From the IMG/VR virus record IMGVR_UViG_3300031418_000001: a stretch of DNA of 64,000 nucleotides; one strand, 5' to 3'. Below the pieces are notes generated by a model. It was not told the DNA's origin. It worked only from the letters and a program-made list of their open reading frames with translations, and ran no database searches. Both the position numbers and the translations under genes were made by a program. This DNA comes from a virus (taxonomy: Duplodnaviria; Heunggongvirae; Uroviricota; Caudoviricetes). Each line of letters begins with the position of its first letter. Position 1 is the stretch's first letter. Shown one piece after another: positions 36,029-46,784 of the stretch.

Positions 36029-36443
36029 AACACTTTTAACGCTCCTTGAGAATGCAAATCTGAATAATATTAAGGGATTGACTGAAGTTACAATGTCAAT
36101 CCCTGATGATTTAGTACCACATGGTGCAAACATCAAAGAATGGAATTCCAGAAACAGAATTGGTCTTTCTGATTCAATCAATCAATTACAGCCTGGTTAT
36201 TGTCATTTCTTCTTTTTTGTTGATAAAATATCAATCTACTTTTCTAAAGATATAATTTATATCATAGTGGATAATGGCAATGATGAGAAAGATGCTGTTT
36301 ATCGCAATGAATTCTCTGAGTTCATTGATAATTACTTTCAATTGAGTACTAAAGATGACTTGATTTTTAGTAAAGAATTATATGAAAGAGTGTTTAAGTA
36401 CTCAAAAGAATTCAATTGGGTATATAAAGATGAAAGAGAATAA
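36000..36443 (+). CDS. FN-motif paralogue family protein
   Basis: IDNYFQLSTKDD; start set at ATG 36000. Confidence 0.7.
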   Translation: MKTVLEQKAETLLTLLENANLNNIKGLTEVTMSIPDDLVPHGANIKEWNSRNRIGLSDSINQLQPGYCHFFFFVDKISIYFSKDIIYIIVDNGNDEKDAVYRNEFSEFIDNYFQLSTKDDLIFSKELYERVFKYSKEFNWVYKDERE

Positions 36444-36729
36444 TATCCTCCTTGTTTGCTGGGAACAAGATCAAGGTGGGTTCATTGTATTTGATATGTT
36501 ATTCATGGATGAATATGAAGCACAAAAGTATGAACCTCGTCACCAGATGACAACCTCTTTTAAATGTCTTACTCCTGAACAACAATTTAATGAATTTATT
36601 GATTCGCTTGACACATATGAATTCCATCATTTGATGTATGAATTAGTTTGTTATTGTGAATATAATGAAGATACTACAATATTCCATGATGAATTTCATC
36701 CTGTAATGGTAGGACTTGAGTGTAATTAA
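36430..36729 (+). CDS. hypothetical protein
   Basis: ORF in co-oriented run. Confidence 0.6.
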   Translation: MKENNILLVCWEQDQGGFIVFDMLFMDEYEAQKYEPRHQMTTSFKCLTPEQQFNEFIDSLDTYEFHHLMYELVCYCEYNEDTTIFHDEFHPVMVGLECN

Positions 36730-36732
36730 TCA

Positions 36733-37053
36733 ATGAATGTATTTTATATTTGTTATGAATACCGATACGAGCAGATTAAAAAGAAATATATTAGAAGTAA
36801 ATTTATTGTTTCATGGGGTGTTTATGGCGGTAAGATTCGTCATCTTTTGGATCACTATGAATTCAGTGAATTAGCACTATTTGATTGCTTAGTACCGAAA
36901 GATGAACTTGAACAGTACTTTTCTGATTTAAAGAAATATCCGTACAAATACGATAAAATCATGAAGTTTCTTATCGAGATTGAAAGCACTGATTTAGTAG
37001 ATAATAATCCAGATGTTTATTTAAATATGTTTGGATTAAGAAGTAAAATATAA
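36733..37053 (+). CDS. hypothetical protein
   Basis: ORF in co-oriented run. Confidence 0.65.
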   Translation: MNVFYICYEYRYEQIKKKYIRSKFIVSWGVYGGKIRHLLDHYEFSELALFDCLVPKDELEQYFSDLKKYPYKYDKIMKFLIEIESTDLVDNNPDVYLNMFGLRSKI

Positions 37054-37057
37054 CAAT

Positions 37058-37132
37058 TGGGGATTAGTTCAGTTGGTAGAACATCGGATTTTGATTCCGA
37101 CGGCGTGGGTTCGAATCCCGCATCCCCTGCCA
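37058..37132 (+). tRNA. tRNA-Gln(UUG)
   Basis: TCGGA-TT TTG AT-TCCGA, CCA. Confidence 0.92.
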
Positions 37133-37189
37133 AATTATAGAGTCCAGTACATCAACGTGTACTGGACTTTTTTCATATCAGGATTTTAT

Positions 37190-37561
37190 ATGTCAGAACA
37201 AGAAGAACTGAAAGTAATACTGGAGAAAATAAAGTACTACGTCGAGGATGTAGAAACAAGTATGACGCAGCGTGGATATGGTTCAATGCATGGTGGATTT
37301 TGGTATAACAGAGATAAAAATGATAACGTGTCTGTACTGGCTGTCAGTACATTCTATCCTGATATTACATTACCATTAATTATCCATCGTACACACGTAA
37401 CATTTAATGATAACTGTTTCCAGTACGACACTGTAACTGACAAAGATTCATATTTCGCTCAAAGTACAATTGATGATATTCGATTATTTGAAATTGAAGA
37501 CTTTGAATTACTCAGAAAAATTTATACGAAGATGACCGGATATGTCCACCGAGAGAATTAA
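37190..37561 (+). CDS. FN-motif paralogue family protein
   Basis: DKDSYFAQSTID; start ATG 37190. Confidence 0.7.
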   Translation: MSEQEELKVILEKIKYYVEDVETSMTQRGYGSMHGGFWYNRDKNDNVSVLAVSTFYPDITLPLIIHRTHVTFNDNCFQYDTVTDKDSYFAQSTIDDIRLFEIEDFELLRKIYTKMTGYVHREN

Positions 37562-37919
37562 ACAAGATGTTAAGTACGTAAAGAATATTCTGAAGTTCTC
37601 TAAAAAATATGTACAAACTGTAATTGAACCTAATAAGATTCATCGAGGGGATTATACTAAGATTAGTATTGGTCATCGTATTACTATACAGAAAACTGAT
37701 AATTCTGATTTTTATTATTTCTTCTTCCTGGGTAATCAAATCTTCAATTTATATGATGATGAGATATTAATATCAGGTGCAATAAAATTTAACTACAAAG
37801 AATATCAAGAGAAAGATGTATATTTTAATGCCATGATAAATGATTCACTTCATGGATTTAGTAAGCAAGACTTCTCTGATATGGAGTACTTATATAAGAG
37901 GCTTAGAACTTTGTTATGA
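37542..37919 (+). CDS. FN-motif paralogue family protein
   Basis: EKDVYFNAMIND. Confidence 0.75.
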   Translation: MSTERIKQDVKYVKNILKFSKKYVQTVIEPNKIHRGDYTKISIGHRITIQKTDNSDFYYFFFLGNQIFNLYDDEILISGAIKFNYKEYQEKDVYFNAMINDSLHGFSKQDFSDMEYLYKRLRTLL

Positions 37920-38332
37920 TATATTTAAAAGACATTTTAAATGAAGCTAAAACGGGTGGATACTTTTATTCTAACTATACATTAAGTAAACTTTTTATAG
38001 TAAAAAAATATCATGAAGATCATATTTACCGTTTGTATCGTGGCAATTTAAATTGTTTATATCTTAGTATTCATGATCCAGGTGATCGTACAGATATGAA
38101 TATTACTTTAAGATTCATCGGTGATCACACGTACATAAATTTTGGTGGAGAAGAAGAATTTATATTGATCCCAAATGAAAATGCGGGTTCAGATGAGTGG
38201 TTCAACTTTAATATACAAAATAGTTCATTGAGGAAAAGTGATTTTTATCCTGAACTCACTGGTTTATTAGATTTCTTAACTGAAGAATATAACCGAGTTT
38301 TTATGAAGATGCTGGAAGATAAAGGATTGTAG
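37916..38332 (+). CDS. FN-motif paralogue family protein
   Basis: GSDEWFNFNIQN. Confidence 0.75.
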   Translation: MIYLKDILNEAKTGGYFYSNYTLSKLFIVKKYHEDHIYRLYRGNLNCLYLSIHDPGDRTDMNITLRFIGDHTYINFGGEEEFILIPNENAGSDEWFNFNIQNSSLRKSDFYPELTGLLDFLTEEYNRVFMKMLEDKGL

Positions 38333-38686
38333 ATGTTACTCACCGGAAAATGCCCTAAATGCGGCTGTACGGGCATTCATGCCTGTATGGGTGCACCAGT
38401 TGCACCAATGACTGCACATCAGCTACAGAAGCTGGAAAACGTAATTAAACACATAGCTCAATCAGAAAAAGAAAGGAAAAATACAATGACATTAACTAAA
38501 GAACAAATCAAAAACCTCGCTATTTTTGCTGGTTTTCATGTACAGGATATTAGTGGTTCAGAAGCAAGTACTGAATATGTAGTACGTGACGGTACTATTA
38601 CTGGTGAAAATGGTGCACCTGATTATAACGGTCTTATTGCATATGATCGTGAATATCCAGAAGATGGAGCTATTTCTCTTGACTGA
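38333..38686 (+). CDS. hypothetical protein (N-terminal CxxCxC)
   Basis: CPKCGCTGIHAC; possible internal start at MTLTKE. Confidence 0.6.
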   Translation: MLLTGKCPKCGCTGIHACMGAPVAPMTAHQLQKLENVIKHIAQSEKERKNTMTLTKEQIKNLAIFAGFHVQDISGSEASTEYVVRDGTITGENGAPDYNGLIAYDREYPEDGAISLD

Positions 38687-39101
38687 ATATTTACATCCTG
38701 GAAAAATTAACGAGATTCATGATAAGATTAAACACCTTCTTATGAACTTTAATAAATTATCCAAGTCCATGAATAGAAGTCATTATGAACTTCCTGGCGT
38801 GAACTATTTTATTGAAAGTGGAATTTACCGAAACAGATTCTTTTTTGTTATAATGACAATGGATCATGAGTATCTATTTTCAATCGGTAATATGATGGAT
38901 AGTTTTGTTGGAATGGAATTTTATTGTGGTAATGATGAACCTTACTTAGTAATTCCATTTCCAGAAGAGTTAAGTACTGATGCATATTTCAATTTAAGTA
39001 CTTTACATGATCTTAAGAATGTATCTTTGGAATTCATGATTGATTCAAAAGAACTCTATAATAAACTGGAGATTTGTATTGGACACAAAACTATCATTTA
39101 G
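38664..39101 (+). CDS. FN-motif paralogue family protein
   Basis: STDAYFNLSTLH. Confidence 0.75.
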   Translation: MELFLLTEYLHPGKINEIHDKIKHLLMNFNKLSKSMNRSHYELPGVNYFIESGIYRNRFFFVIMTMDHEYLFSIGNMMDSFVGMEFYCGNDEPYLVIPFPEELSTDAYFNLSTLHDLKNVSLEFMIDSKELYNKLEICIGHKTII

Positions 39102-39549
39102 AAGTGCTATTAATAAGGGTCAGGCTACAGCGGCCCTTTCTGCATTAGGTCATATGAATATTGTTAGTTCAATTAATAATAATTGGGATTTAGCTTCAAA
39201 AATTAATCCAGAACATCTTGATTATATTAAACTCAATAGACAATGCCAATGTTTCAGTACTCACATCCTTAGTATACCTTTAGATACATATGAAATATTT
39301 GTAGTAATTGATCAACAAACTGATTATTTTGAAGTATTTTATCCTAATCATTCATTGTGTATGGTAAGTGCAGATAATTTTACATCCCTTGATGATGGTT
39401 CATCATTCGGTTTATTACTTCCAACTTATTTGAAAATTGAATGTAATGGTGATTATTTTAATTACACAGTAAATTCAAAACTGATACCAGTTCCGTATGA
39501 ATTTTTTGAAGTACTTCATGTATTACATGATAAGATAAAATTATTATGA
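39040..39549 (+). CDS. FN-motif paralogue family protein
   Basis: NGDYFNYTVNS; start uncertain. Confidence 0.65.
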   Translation: MIQKNSIINWRFVLDTKLSFRSAINKGQATAALSALGHMNIVSSINNNWDLASKINPEHLDYIKLNRQCQCFSTHILSIPLDTYEIFVVIDQQTDYFEVFYPNHSLCMVSADNFTSLDDGSSFGLLLPTYLKIECNGDYFNYTVNSKLIPVPYEFFEVLHVLHDKIKLL

Positions 39550-39944
39550 TAGCAGATTCAATTAAAGAATTTTTCTTCGAAATGGTTAAAGATGGGATCA
39601 GCCTTATCGCTGGATCAGATACACATCATTCAGAAGACCAATCGTGTACAAGAATATTTTCTATACAAACACTGTACGGGAATACTATGTTTATAAGAAC
39701 ATATGTTCCTAAAAAAAGTATAATCAGTAATACAAATTCGATTGATATTGATGGAATCAGTCTCATGTTTAGATTACTGGAACGTGGTATAGTAATTTAC
39801 ACAGATGATTCAGAATATACATTTGGATACAATTGTACACAACAAGAAATCGACAGTACTAACTTTGAACTAAAATTAGATACTGAATGTATTAAATTAA
39901 TACACGGCTTTAAGACCTATATTGACAAGTACTTTATTAAATAA
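39546..39944 (+). CDS. hypothetical protein (possible divergent FN-family member)
   Basis: Similar size and C-terminal helix. Confidence 0.6.
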   Translation: MIADSIKEFFFEMVKDGISLIAGSDTHHSEDQSCTRIFSIQTLYGNTMFIRTYVPKKSIISNTNSIDIDGISLMFRLLERGIVIYTDDSEYTFGYNCTQQEIDSTNFELKLDTECIKLIHGFKTYIDKYFIK

Positions 39945-39974
39945 TCTTAGGATTATTTTCATAAGGTACTGGTA

Positions 39975-40331
39975 ATGTATTATAATAACTTAAAAGTAGA
40001 AAAGATTAGTGCTACAGAATGGAAACTTCTGGAGGACTTAGTATATATGGATGTTAAGCATGGTGCCATCGGTGTTCCAGTTGACTATGTGACTGATTTT
40101 GCAAGTGTTCCGAGATTACCAATAGTATTTGACTTTCTTGGTGATATAGGTCATGCTGCTGCCACAATTCATGATTATCTCTATGACAATGGTAAGCTGA
40201 CCAAAAAAGAATGCGATGATGTTTTTCATCGTGCATTACTTGATGATGGTATTGGTGCAATAAGATCATATATCATGTACAGTGGTGTAAAACTATTTGG
40301 ATTCAGGGCATTTAAAAGAGCACGTTCTTAA
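39975..40331 (+). CDS. DUF1353 family protein
   Basis: VPVDYVTDFASVPR..AATIHDYLY..ECDDVF. Confidence 0.85.
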   Translation: MYYNNLKVEKISATEWKLLEDLVYMDVKHGAIGVPVDYVTDFASVPRLPIVFDFLGDIGHAAATIHDYLYDNGKLTKKECDDVFHRALLDDGIGAIRSYIMYSGVKLFGFRAFKRARS

Positions 40332-40377
40332 TAATTAAAGTACCACTTGTTGGTACTTTTCTTTTGGGTAAAATTCA

Positions 40378-40809
40378 ATGATTAAATTCTCTCAAACTGT
40401 TAATAAAAGTACTTATCGTCGCCGTATGGCAAATTTCAATAATTTAATGAAAATCCTTAAAGATAAGGAAAGTACTTTTTTTCCTGAGATTATTAAACAG
40501 CTTAATGAAGATGAAGTACTTGGTGCATCATGGCCTCATGGTTACATGAATGATCTTTATGTTGAGTACGAACATTCAGTAGACTATATCAGTATCCAGG
40601 GTAAAACTTGCGGTATTAGAATCACACCGGAACTTATTTCTATTAATGTTCAAGGTATGAGCTTTATGGGTATCAGTACTGATGCTTCTAAAGATGAATA
40701 TTTCAATCAGTCAGTAAGTGAAGATATGTATAATTTAAATTTCAACAATATCTTGTACTTACAGGATTTGAAAGAAAAGATTAATAACTATAAGAATTAT
40801 GGAAAATAA
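40378..40809 (+). CDS. FN-motif paralogue family protein
   Basis: SKDEYFNQSVSE. Confidence 0.75.
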   Translation: MIKFSQTVNKSTYRRRMANFNNLMKILKDKESTFFPEIIKQLNEDEVLGASWPHGYMNDLYVEYEHSVDYISIQGKTCGIRITPELISINVQGMSFMGISTDASKDEYFNQSVSEDMYNLNFNNILYLQDLKEKINNYKNYGK

Positions 40810-41296
40810 CATGGAACACAAAAAACCTTTTAAGCAATTGAAAAATGCTCTGATGATTATTGCATCTAATCATTCATCCATTATGAATGAAATATCCAAA
40901 AGTAAAAACTACAAAAAAATTGAGAATCCATTTATAAGTACTGCTGGTGCTCCTTGGCATACACTTAAGGCTCCGCGTAATGATATTGAATTTGATATTA
41001 CTATTGGTAATGATTATCTTCCACAATTACATCTACAAAAGCAGTCTAATAAGTTTATCATTATGTATAATGGTGCAACATATTACATTGATTCCTACAA
41101 TATTTCAGCACATGAAGATGTTGGGTATCCTATACTTCAGGTAGACATTAGTGGTATTGATTCTAAAACTGATATGTTTAGTCTTAGTACGGTACGTGAT
41201 TTCTTTGATTTGGACTATAATGATATTGAGGCATTGAATTACTATATGTCATCTGCTAACAGTGCTTATAATAAGTTGAAACATAATCATGTTTGA
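40799..41296 (+). CDS. FN-motif paralogue family protein
   Basis: SKTDMFSLSTVR. Confidence 0.7.
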   Translation: MENNMEHKKPFKQLKNALMIIASNHSSIMNEISKSKNYKKIENPFISTAGAPWHTLKAPRNDIEFDITIGNDYLPQLHLQKQSNKFIIMYNGATYYIDSYNISAHEDVGYPILQVDISGIDSKTDMFSLSTVRDFFDLDYNDIEALNYYMSSANSAYNKLKHNHV

Positions 41297-41504
41297 TTAT
41301 ATCACAACAGTACTTTCTGACGATGGTATAAGTACATTTGAAATTGTAGGTACTTCCGATAAAGTACTTTGTCTTAATTCTCTACTTGAGATCCTTCTTA
41401 CTGATAATTCATTTGTTTGTGTGCAGGATAGTAACAGTGAATTGGGTTTTTATCGACATAAGTACCATAAACACTGTACATCTAAGATAGGTCATGCTTT
41501 ATAA
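41289..41504 (+). CDS. hypothetical protein
   Basis: Last ORF before a convergent hairpin. Confidence 0.55.
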   Translation: MFDYITTVLSDDGISTFEIVGTSDKVLCLNSLLEILLTDNSFVCVQDSNSELGFYRHKYHKHCTSKIGHAL

Positions 41505-41527
41505 GAAGGGCGGCAATGCCGCCTGTC

Positions 41528-42658
41528 TTATGTGCCTGATACGATGATTCTTGCCTGGATTGGATTGATAACTGAGATAGTTATATTTGATGAAGAGTCA
41601 ACACTAATGGATTCATGTGATACTTCGTACACATCAGTTCCTGTTAATTCAGAAACCTGTACTACTACATCAGATGATTTGCTATGTTCAGATTGTGGAA
41701 TACTTAAGGTAAAGTAGCCGTTCTGGTCTACCCAATCAGAAGTACTTACAGTCTTAACATATAAGTCATTTGTCAAAAGAAGAACATTAGTATCAGTTGG
41801 TGTTACCTGATTTAATGTAATATCATGTGAAGTGTTATTGTATGATACTTTTGGTGTATATACCTGACCAGTAGTGTACTGAGTCTGAATGATGAAATCG
41901 GTTTCAGCATGGGTACTACCAAGTAGTACTGCACTGAATGAGTCATCTGACTGTTTGACGAATGATGCTTGCGGTATTAAGAAAGATAATACATTGTCAT
42001 CATCACCAATTACGTTAACTGTACCATTAGTACTCTGATAAAAATCAGATTTAACGGTAACGACAAAAGTACCAGATGATAATGCAGGTACTGGTATACT
42101 GAATGTGCCATCAGAGTTAACATCAGATGTATACTCAACACCATCAATCACAACCGTCACAGTCATTCCATCAGTGTTTAAACCTGCTGAACTGTATGGA
42201 AGAATAGTACCATTGATTACGGTATCACCTGCGTTTATACGTTCAAATACAATTGAACCTAATGGCGGTTTTGGTAGTGAACATGTAGGTGGTACAAGAT
42301 TATATAAATGTCTTCCGTCTGCTAATATTACTTTATTGTCATAGAACTTAATAGCGAATCCATGATCGCCTTGCTCATTCATTGAACGAACGTAGAACTG
42401 ACCAGGTTTAAGTAGTGATGGTAAGTCATCATCTGACATATCATAGTCAAGTAGTGAACCTTGTTTGTTCAAACCTGTAATACGAAGAGACGGATAGATA
42501 GTACCATCTATGTCTCTTATATCATAGTCATATGAGTTGCGTTGCTTTTGTATTCTGGCATCTTTAATAACCGTGCCATCTTTTAGTACTGCACCCTGAA
42601 TAAGAAATCCACATATACCATAGGGATACCTTCCAGCGGCTGCTACTGTTTTTGCCAT
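41528..42658 (-). CDS. putative virion protein with an Ig-like (Big) domain
   Basis: TVTVVIDGVEYTSDVNSDGTFSIPVPAL Ig-like strand pattern; GGAGG RBS; GGGGTAAATA motif upstream. Confidence 0.65.
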   Translation of the reverse strand: MAKTVAAAGRYPYGICGFLIQGAVLKDGTVIKDARIQKQRNSYDYDIRDIDGTIYPSLRITGLNKQGSLLDYDMSDDDLPSLLKPGQFYVRSMNEQGDHGFAIKFYDNKVILADGRHLYNLVPPTCSLPKPPLGSIVFERINAGDTVINGTILPYSSAGLNTDGMTVTVVIDGVEYTSDVNSDGTFSIPVPALSSGTFVVTVKSDFYQSTNGTVNVIGDDDNVLSFLIPQASFVKQSDDSFSAVLLGSTHAETDFIIQTQYTTGQVYTPKVSYNNTSHDITLNQVTPTDTNVLLLTNDLYVKTVSTSDWVDQNGYFTLSIPQSEHSKSSDVVVQVSELTGTDVYEVSHESISVDSSSNITISVINPIQARIIVSGT

Positions 42659-42693
42659 TATAACCTCCGGTTCTGAATAGAACTTAATAATTA

Positions 42694-42703
42694 TATTTAC
42701 CCC
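42694..42703 (-). promoter_or_regulatory. putative late promoter GGGGTAAATA
   Basis: Same 10-mer at 55663 and 58714, each ~30-40 nt upstream of a minus-strand start. Confidence 0.65.
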
Positions 42704-42719
42704 ATAAAAGAGATATTTT

Positions 42720-43112
42720 ATGTTCTATTTGTGGTTATTTCTAAGCATGATAGTACTTACAGTACTAAAAGATATCCTACAGCAATATGTCTGGTTCAAA
42801 GAACGTTATCCAGATTATTCATACATAAAGAATGTTCTTTGGCATAGACGATTTGATATAAAAATAGAAGAAGATACTGAGTTATTCATAAGAACTTTAT
42901 TAAGTACTTATAGTATGTCTTGTGAAAACTCTAAGTACTATATTGGTGATGATAATATTACTTTTAATTTAGAACTTAATAACCGCTCATTGATATTGCA
43001 GCACGTGCAGTTTAATGCTAATGTCATCAACACGACCTTTATCACATTTGAGACAATGAAAGTGATTAAAGACGAGCAAAAGAAATTGACACGGGCATCG
43101 AAGTACTGTTAG
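42720..43112 (+). CDS. membrane-anchored hypothetical protein
   Basis: N-terminal TM segment. Confidence 0.65.
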   Translation: MFYLWLFLSMIVLTVLKDILQQYVWFKERYPDYSYIKNVLWHRRFDIKIEEDTELFIRTLLSTYSMSCENSKYYIGDDNITFNLELNNRSLILQHVQFNANVINTTFITFETMKVIKDEQKKLTRASKYC

Positions 43113-43228
43113 GATAAGACATAAAGAAAATTTTGGGTGCTGATGAAAGCATTTACGAATCGTAAAAATTTCGGAGCATTGACCAACAATCAAGCTGAAG
43201 TTGAACAGATCGAAAGAGCGGGGATAAT

Positions 43229-43753
43229 ATGACTGTACTTGTAACAATGATGAAAAAATCAATGGTTGGTAAACCTGGATATATTTCTGAGTATCCTGAA
43301 AACGTGTACGTATTTGATAAGTGTCTGAAAGTACGTGCATCTGAACTGGATATTGCGAACGTTAAAAAATGGGTATGCTTTCTTGAAGGTACACCAATTG
43401 TTCTGGTATTCGATGTTTTATTAACCCGCTTAAGTACTGGATACTTACAGGCTTTCATCTATAACAGCAAATGCGAAATTAAAACTACTGATGCTGTTGG
43501 TGAATATAACACCAAAAATGGTACATGGTATGTTTCAGAAATCTATGGCGATAAACTTGTTACTTCTAAAGAACTGCTGGGTATTTGTCAGCGTAAGTAC
43601 CTGAATAATCCTACATTTGATCCGGTTGGACAGGTACAGATTGCTCCGGTCAGTACTACCAAAAAGTCAGAGACTAAGGGTAAGTACAAAGAAGATCTGA
43701 AGAATATGAGTCCAGAACGTTTAGCTGAACTTAAACGTCAAATCTTTGGCTAA
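43229..43753 (+). CDS. hypothetical protein
   Basis: GGGGA RBS. Confidence 0.75.
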   Translation: MTVLVTMMKKSMVGKPGYISEYPENVYVFDKCLKVRASELDIANVKKWVCFLEGTPIVLVFDVLLTRLSTGYLQAFIYNSKCEIKTTDAVGEYNTKNGTWYVSEIYGDKLVTSKELLGICQRKYLNNPTFDPVGQVQIAPVSTTKKSETKGKYKEDLKNMSPERLAELKRQIFG

Positions 43754-43955
43754 CTATATGCATAAAGTATTAGCTAATCAGTACTGGAAACACTACAACG
43801 GTAATGAATATGAAGTACTAATGCTCACTAATGAGTTAAGTACTAATGAACAGTATCCGGTTACAGTAGTGTATAAAAATATACATACTGGAAGTACCTG
43901 GTCTAAACCACTATCAGACTGGCACAGAAGTATGACGTTAACTAAACCCGCTTAA
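43746..43955 (+). CDS. DUF1653-like small protein
   Basis: YWKHYNGNEYEV..VVYK..WSKPLSDW. Confidence 0.7.
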   Translation: MANYMHKVLANQYWKHYNGNEYEVLMLTNELSTNEQYPVTVVYKNIHTGSTWSKPLSDWHRSMTLTKPA

Positions 43956-43967
43956 GGCGGGTTTTTT
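43944..43967 (+). terminator. intrinsic terminator
   Basis: AAACCCGC TTAAG GCGGGTTTTTT. Confidence 0.85.
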
Positions 43968-43982
43968 CGTATAGGATATTTA

Positions 43983-44369
43983 ATGCCGATTTTAACCGGA
44001 ACGGAAAAGAGGGTTGATGAATTTACTGAGTACTTACTGGATAACAGTACTCTTACACTATCAGTAACTAACTACTTTAATAATGTTAGAGTTCTATCTA
44101 AAAATAATGAACCTTACATCGTTATTAAGTATTTCAGTGATGACTCAAGACAAATTCATTTACATTCAAAAGGATTTAAAATAATATCTACAACTCAAAT
44201 AGAACTACATGATGGAAGAGATTATGTAGTATATTCTATTGAACAAATACAGGAAGAATATGACAACGACAAGTTGTTTGGTATTATGACTGTGTATTCG
44301 TGTTGGTACTTACGTGAATTTATAGAAGACTTTGAATTACAAAAAGTACTTGATTTTATGAAATTCTAA
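43983..44369 (+). CDS. probable FN-motif family protein (divergent)
   Basis: DNDKLFGIMTVY. Confidence 0.6.
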   Translation: MPILTGTEKRVDEFTEYLLDNSTLTLSVTNYFNNVRVLSKNNEPYIVIKYFSDDSRQIHLHSKGFKIISTTQIELHDGRDYVVYSIEQIQEEYDNDKLFGIMTVYSCWYLREFIEDFELQKVLDFMKF

Positions 44370-44921
44370 TTTGAAAAAGTTTGGTATTTGAGTTCACGGA
44401 TTTATTTTGTTTTTATCTCACTAAAGCATTTGACAGGAGTAGGGGCTTTTAGTATTATTTCATCACACCGAGACGAAACGGAAACAACAGTGCTTCCGGT
44501 TCACAGTAAAGCGATAATGCCTGAACTCAATAAAGAGGATTGAACGCAGATGTAACAGGTTAACAAATAAAACCGATCTTATATTGCTGATGAATCTTAG
44601 AAAATATTAGAGTTACGGAAAGATTGTGGGAGATCTGGAAGCCTCGTTAAACATTTGAATACTAAATCCCAATAACCGAGGGGTACTTACGTAAATGTGA
44701 TAGCTTAATATAAAATTGAGATCATAGATACTTAGGAATTTAGAGGGCTGGTACGGGTATGTACCAGCTTCTCACGGAAATATATATTAAGAGTTATTTT
44801 TAAGTACTTTTACTATATCTTTTCTTTCTTGCAGTTATCTGATTCATTAAGAAAAGTTTGCATTAGCCTGAACGCTGTGATAAATTATTCTTAAGATAAA
44901 AACTGGCAGGGGGATGGAAGA

Positions 44922-45143
44922 ATGAGTGTTCTAATTTCGTACATCACTGCGTTGTTGAGAAAGCATGACATTCATAATTTGAATAGCATAGCGACTTCGG
45001 TATACTGTGGTGATTATACTGTACAAGAAGCTGTACAGATATTCCGGTTAAACCTTAAAGATGTGGATTACCTGGCTGATGCAGTCAATAAGTACTATCA
45101 GCATGAAACCTACATCCAAGAACGTGTAAGAGGTAACGCATAA
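44922..45143 (+). CDS. hypothetical protein
   Basis: Sigma70-like promoter and GGGGG RBS upstream. Confidence 0.65.
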   Translation: MSVLISYITALLRKHDIHNLNSIATSVYCGDYTVQEAVQIFRLNLKDVDYLADAVNKYYQHETYIQERVRGNA

Positions 45144-45453
45144 TGAAACAGTACCTGGTTGAATATATTCGTACTGGCGTATCCAGACCTGACCAGAAAC
45201 AGGTTGGTGCATATAACGAAACTGATGCTATTCGTCGTGTTCGTGAAGAATATGGTTTCAACAATGTAACTATCAAAAGTTGTCGTGAAGCACGTTAATT
45301 ACATTGTAGTACCCGAATAAACAAAAAAGCCGGAATAAAGAATCTGGCTTTTTTATTGCCTGCAAAACAAGATTAATACCATTCACGTACTTTCATATAA
45401 GTATCAAAATGTTGTATTAGTATGTTCCCCTTATTATAAAGAGATAGTACAGA

Positions 45454-46416
45454 ATGGCTAAAGAGTTGAACTTAGATAACCACATTGAAGATGAAGTACT
45501 GAATGAGATTTTCACTAACGAAAATAATACATTTGAGAACTTAGCCGCTTTAGACTACGAAAGTGTTGAAGAAGTTGAACGTGAAATCATTACCGCAAAA
45601 CCAATCAAAGGTAAATCCGACAAAACGAATGAAGAACTTGTGATCCTTATTCGTGCTGGTGTTGATGTACAAAAGAACCGTGAACGCCTCGTAGTACAGA
45701 ATGCTGGTATTGTATACAAAGAAGCGAAAGCATGTACCTGTCGTATTCCATTCGATGATAAAGTACAGTACGGCTTTGAAGGTCTGATTAACAGCATTGA
45801 AGGTTTTGATCCTACCTTGAACTACAAGTTCAATACTTATGCAGGCCGTATTATTCGCCAGCATATGTATCGTTATGGAAACCGTGAAGCCCGTGGTATT
45901 GAAATTCCTGAGTACTTAAGTAAAGAAAACATTGTTATTCAAAAGTACTTAACTGATTTCGTAAATGATAACTCTCGTGAGCCTTCAGAACAGGAAATTA
46001 GTACTGGTACTGGTATTGCTCTAAGCCGTGTTAAACGTGCATTGCGTCATAACAGTAATTCATATTCATTAGATACACCAACTACATCTGATAATGAACT
46101 GACATTGCAGGATGTAATTACATCTGATGATCCTAATTACAACCTGAATGAATATGCGAAAAGTACCCCATTGCATGAAGTACTTGATATTGTATTCCCT
46201 GAAATTAAACCACTTGAAGCAGAAATTATATCTCTGGTTCATGGTTTAAATGGTAATAAGGTTCATACCTTTGATGAAATTATTGATTTAGGTATTGTTG
46301 ATGATAACGGTTCCTTCATTAGTTCTAAGCCGACTCTTTCCCGCCGCTACAAAGCCGCTATTGAAAGCGTTAAGCGTGTGATCTCACGTAAGAAGATTTA
46401 TCTTAGCGATTTTTAA
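45454..46416 (+). CDS. RNA polymerase sigma70-family factor
   Basis: RERLVVQNAGIV, DKVQYGFEGLINSIEGFDPTLNYKFNTYA (region 2), REPSEQEI and SLDTP (region 3), HTFDEI (region 4). Confidence 0.9.
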   Translation: MAKELNLDNHIEDEVLNEIFTNENNTFENLAALDYESVEEVEREIITAKPIKGKSDKTNEELVILIRAGVDVQKNRERLVVQNAGIVYKEAKACTCRIPFDDKVQYGFEGLINSIEGFDPTLNYKFNTYAGRIIRQHMYRYGNREARGIEIPEYLSKENIVIQKYLTDFVNDNSREPSEQEISTGTGIALSRVKRALRHNSNSYSLDTPTTSDNELTLQDVITSDDPNYNLNEYAKSTPLHEVLDIVFPEIKPLEAEIISLVHGLNGNKVHTFDEIIDLGIVDDNGSFISSKPTLSRRYKAAIESVKRVISRKKIYLSDF

Positions 46417-46613
46417 TAAAAGTATTATTAAAAGATAAAAAATATATCAAGTACCTGATGCTAATGTAATGTTGGTATCAGGTATCTTTATTGAGAATCA
46501 ATCTCAATCGTTTATAAGCAAATGTGATATAGATTAGATTTTGTGATTTAGTACTTGTGTATCAGGGCCAGTACATCTATAATGGGTTCATGTTGGTTGA
46601 CAGGGGGATTTAT

Positions 46614-46784
46614 ATGAACGAAGACCCACCCAATAATAGGAATTTTCCTGATCATGAAAATTATGAAGATGCCTATTTAGCTGCTATCCTCAAAACCGAT
46701 TTACTTGAGGCATGTGGTAAAATTGATTATAATGAAATTTTCGCTATTAGAGACAAAAGGTTGAATAAGAATGGAAACAGCTAA
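46614..46784 (+). CDS. hypothetical protein
   Basis: GGGGG RBS before ATG 46614. Confidence 0.55.
   Translation: MNEDPPNNRNFPDHENYEDAYLAAILKTDLLEACGKIDYNEIFAIRDKRLNKNGNS

Noticed and set aside
44587-44640. Hammerhead ribozyme at CTGATGA...GAAA
   Set aside because: Stems I and II are unconvincing and the cleavage triplet would end in G
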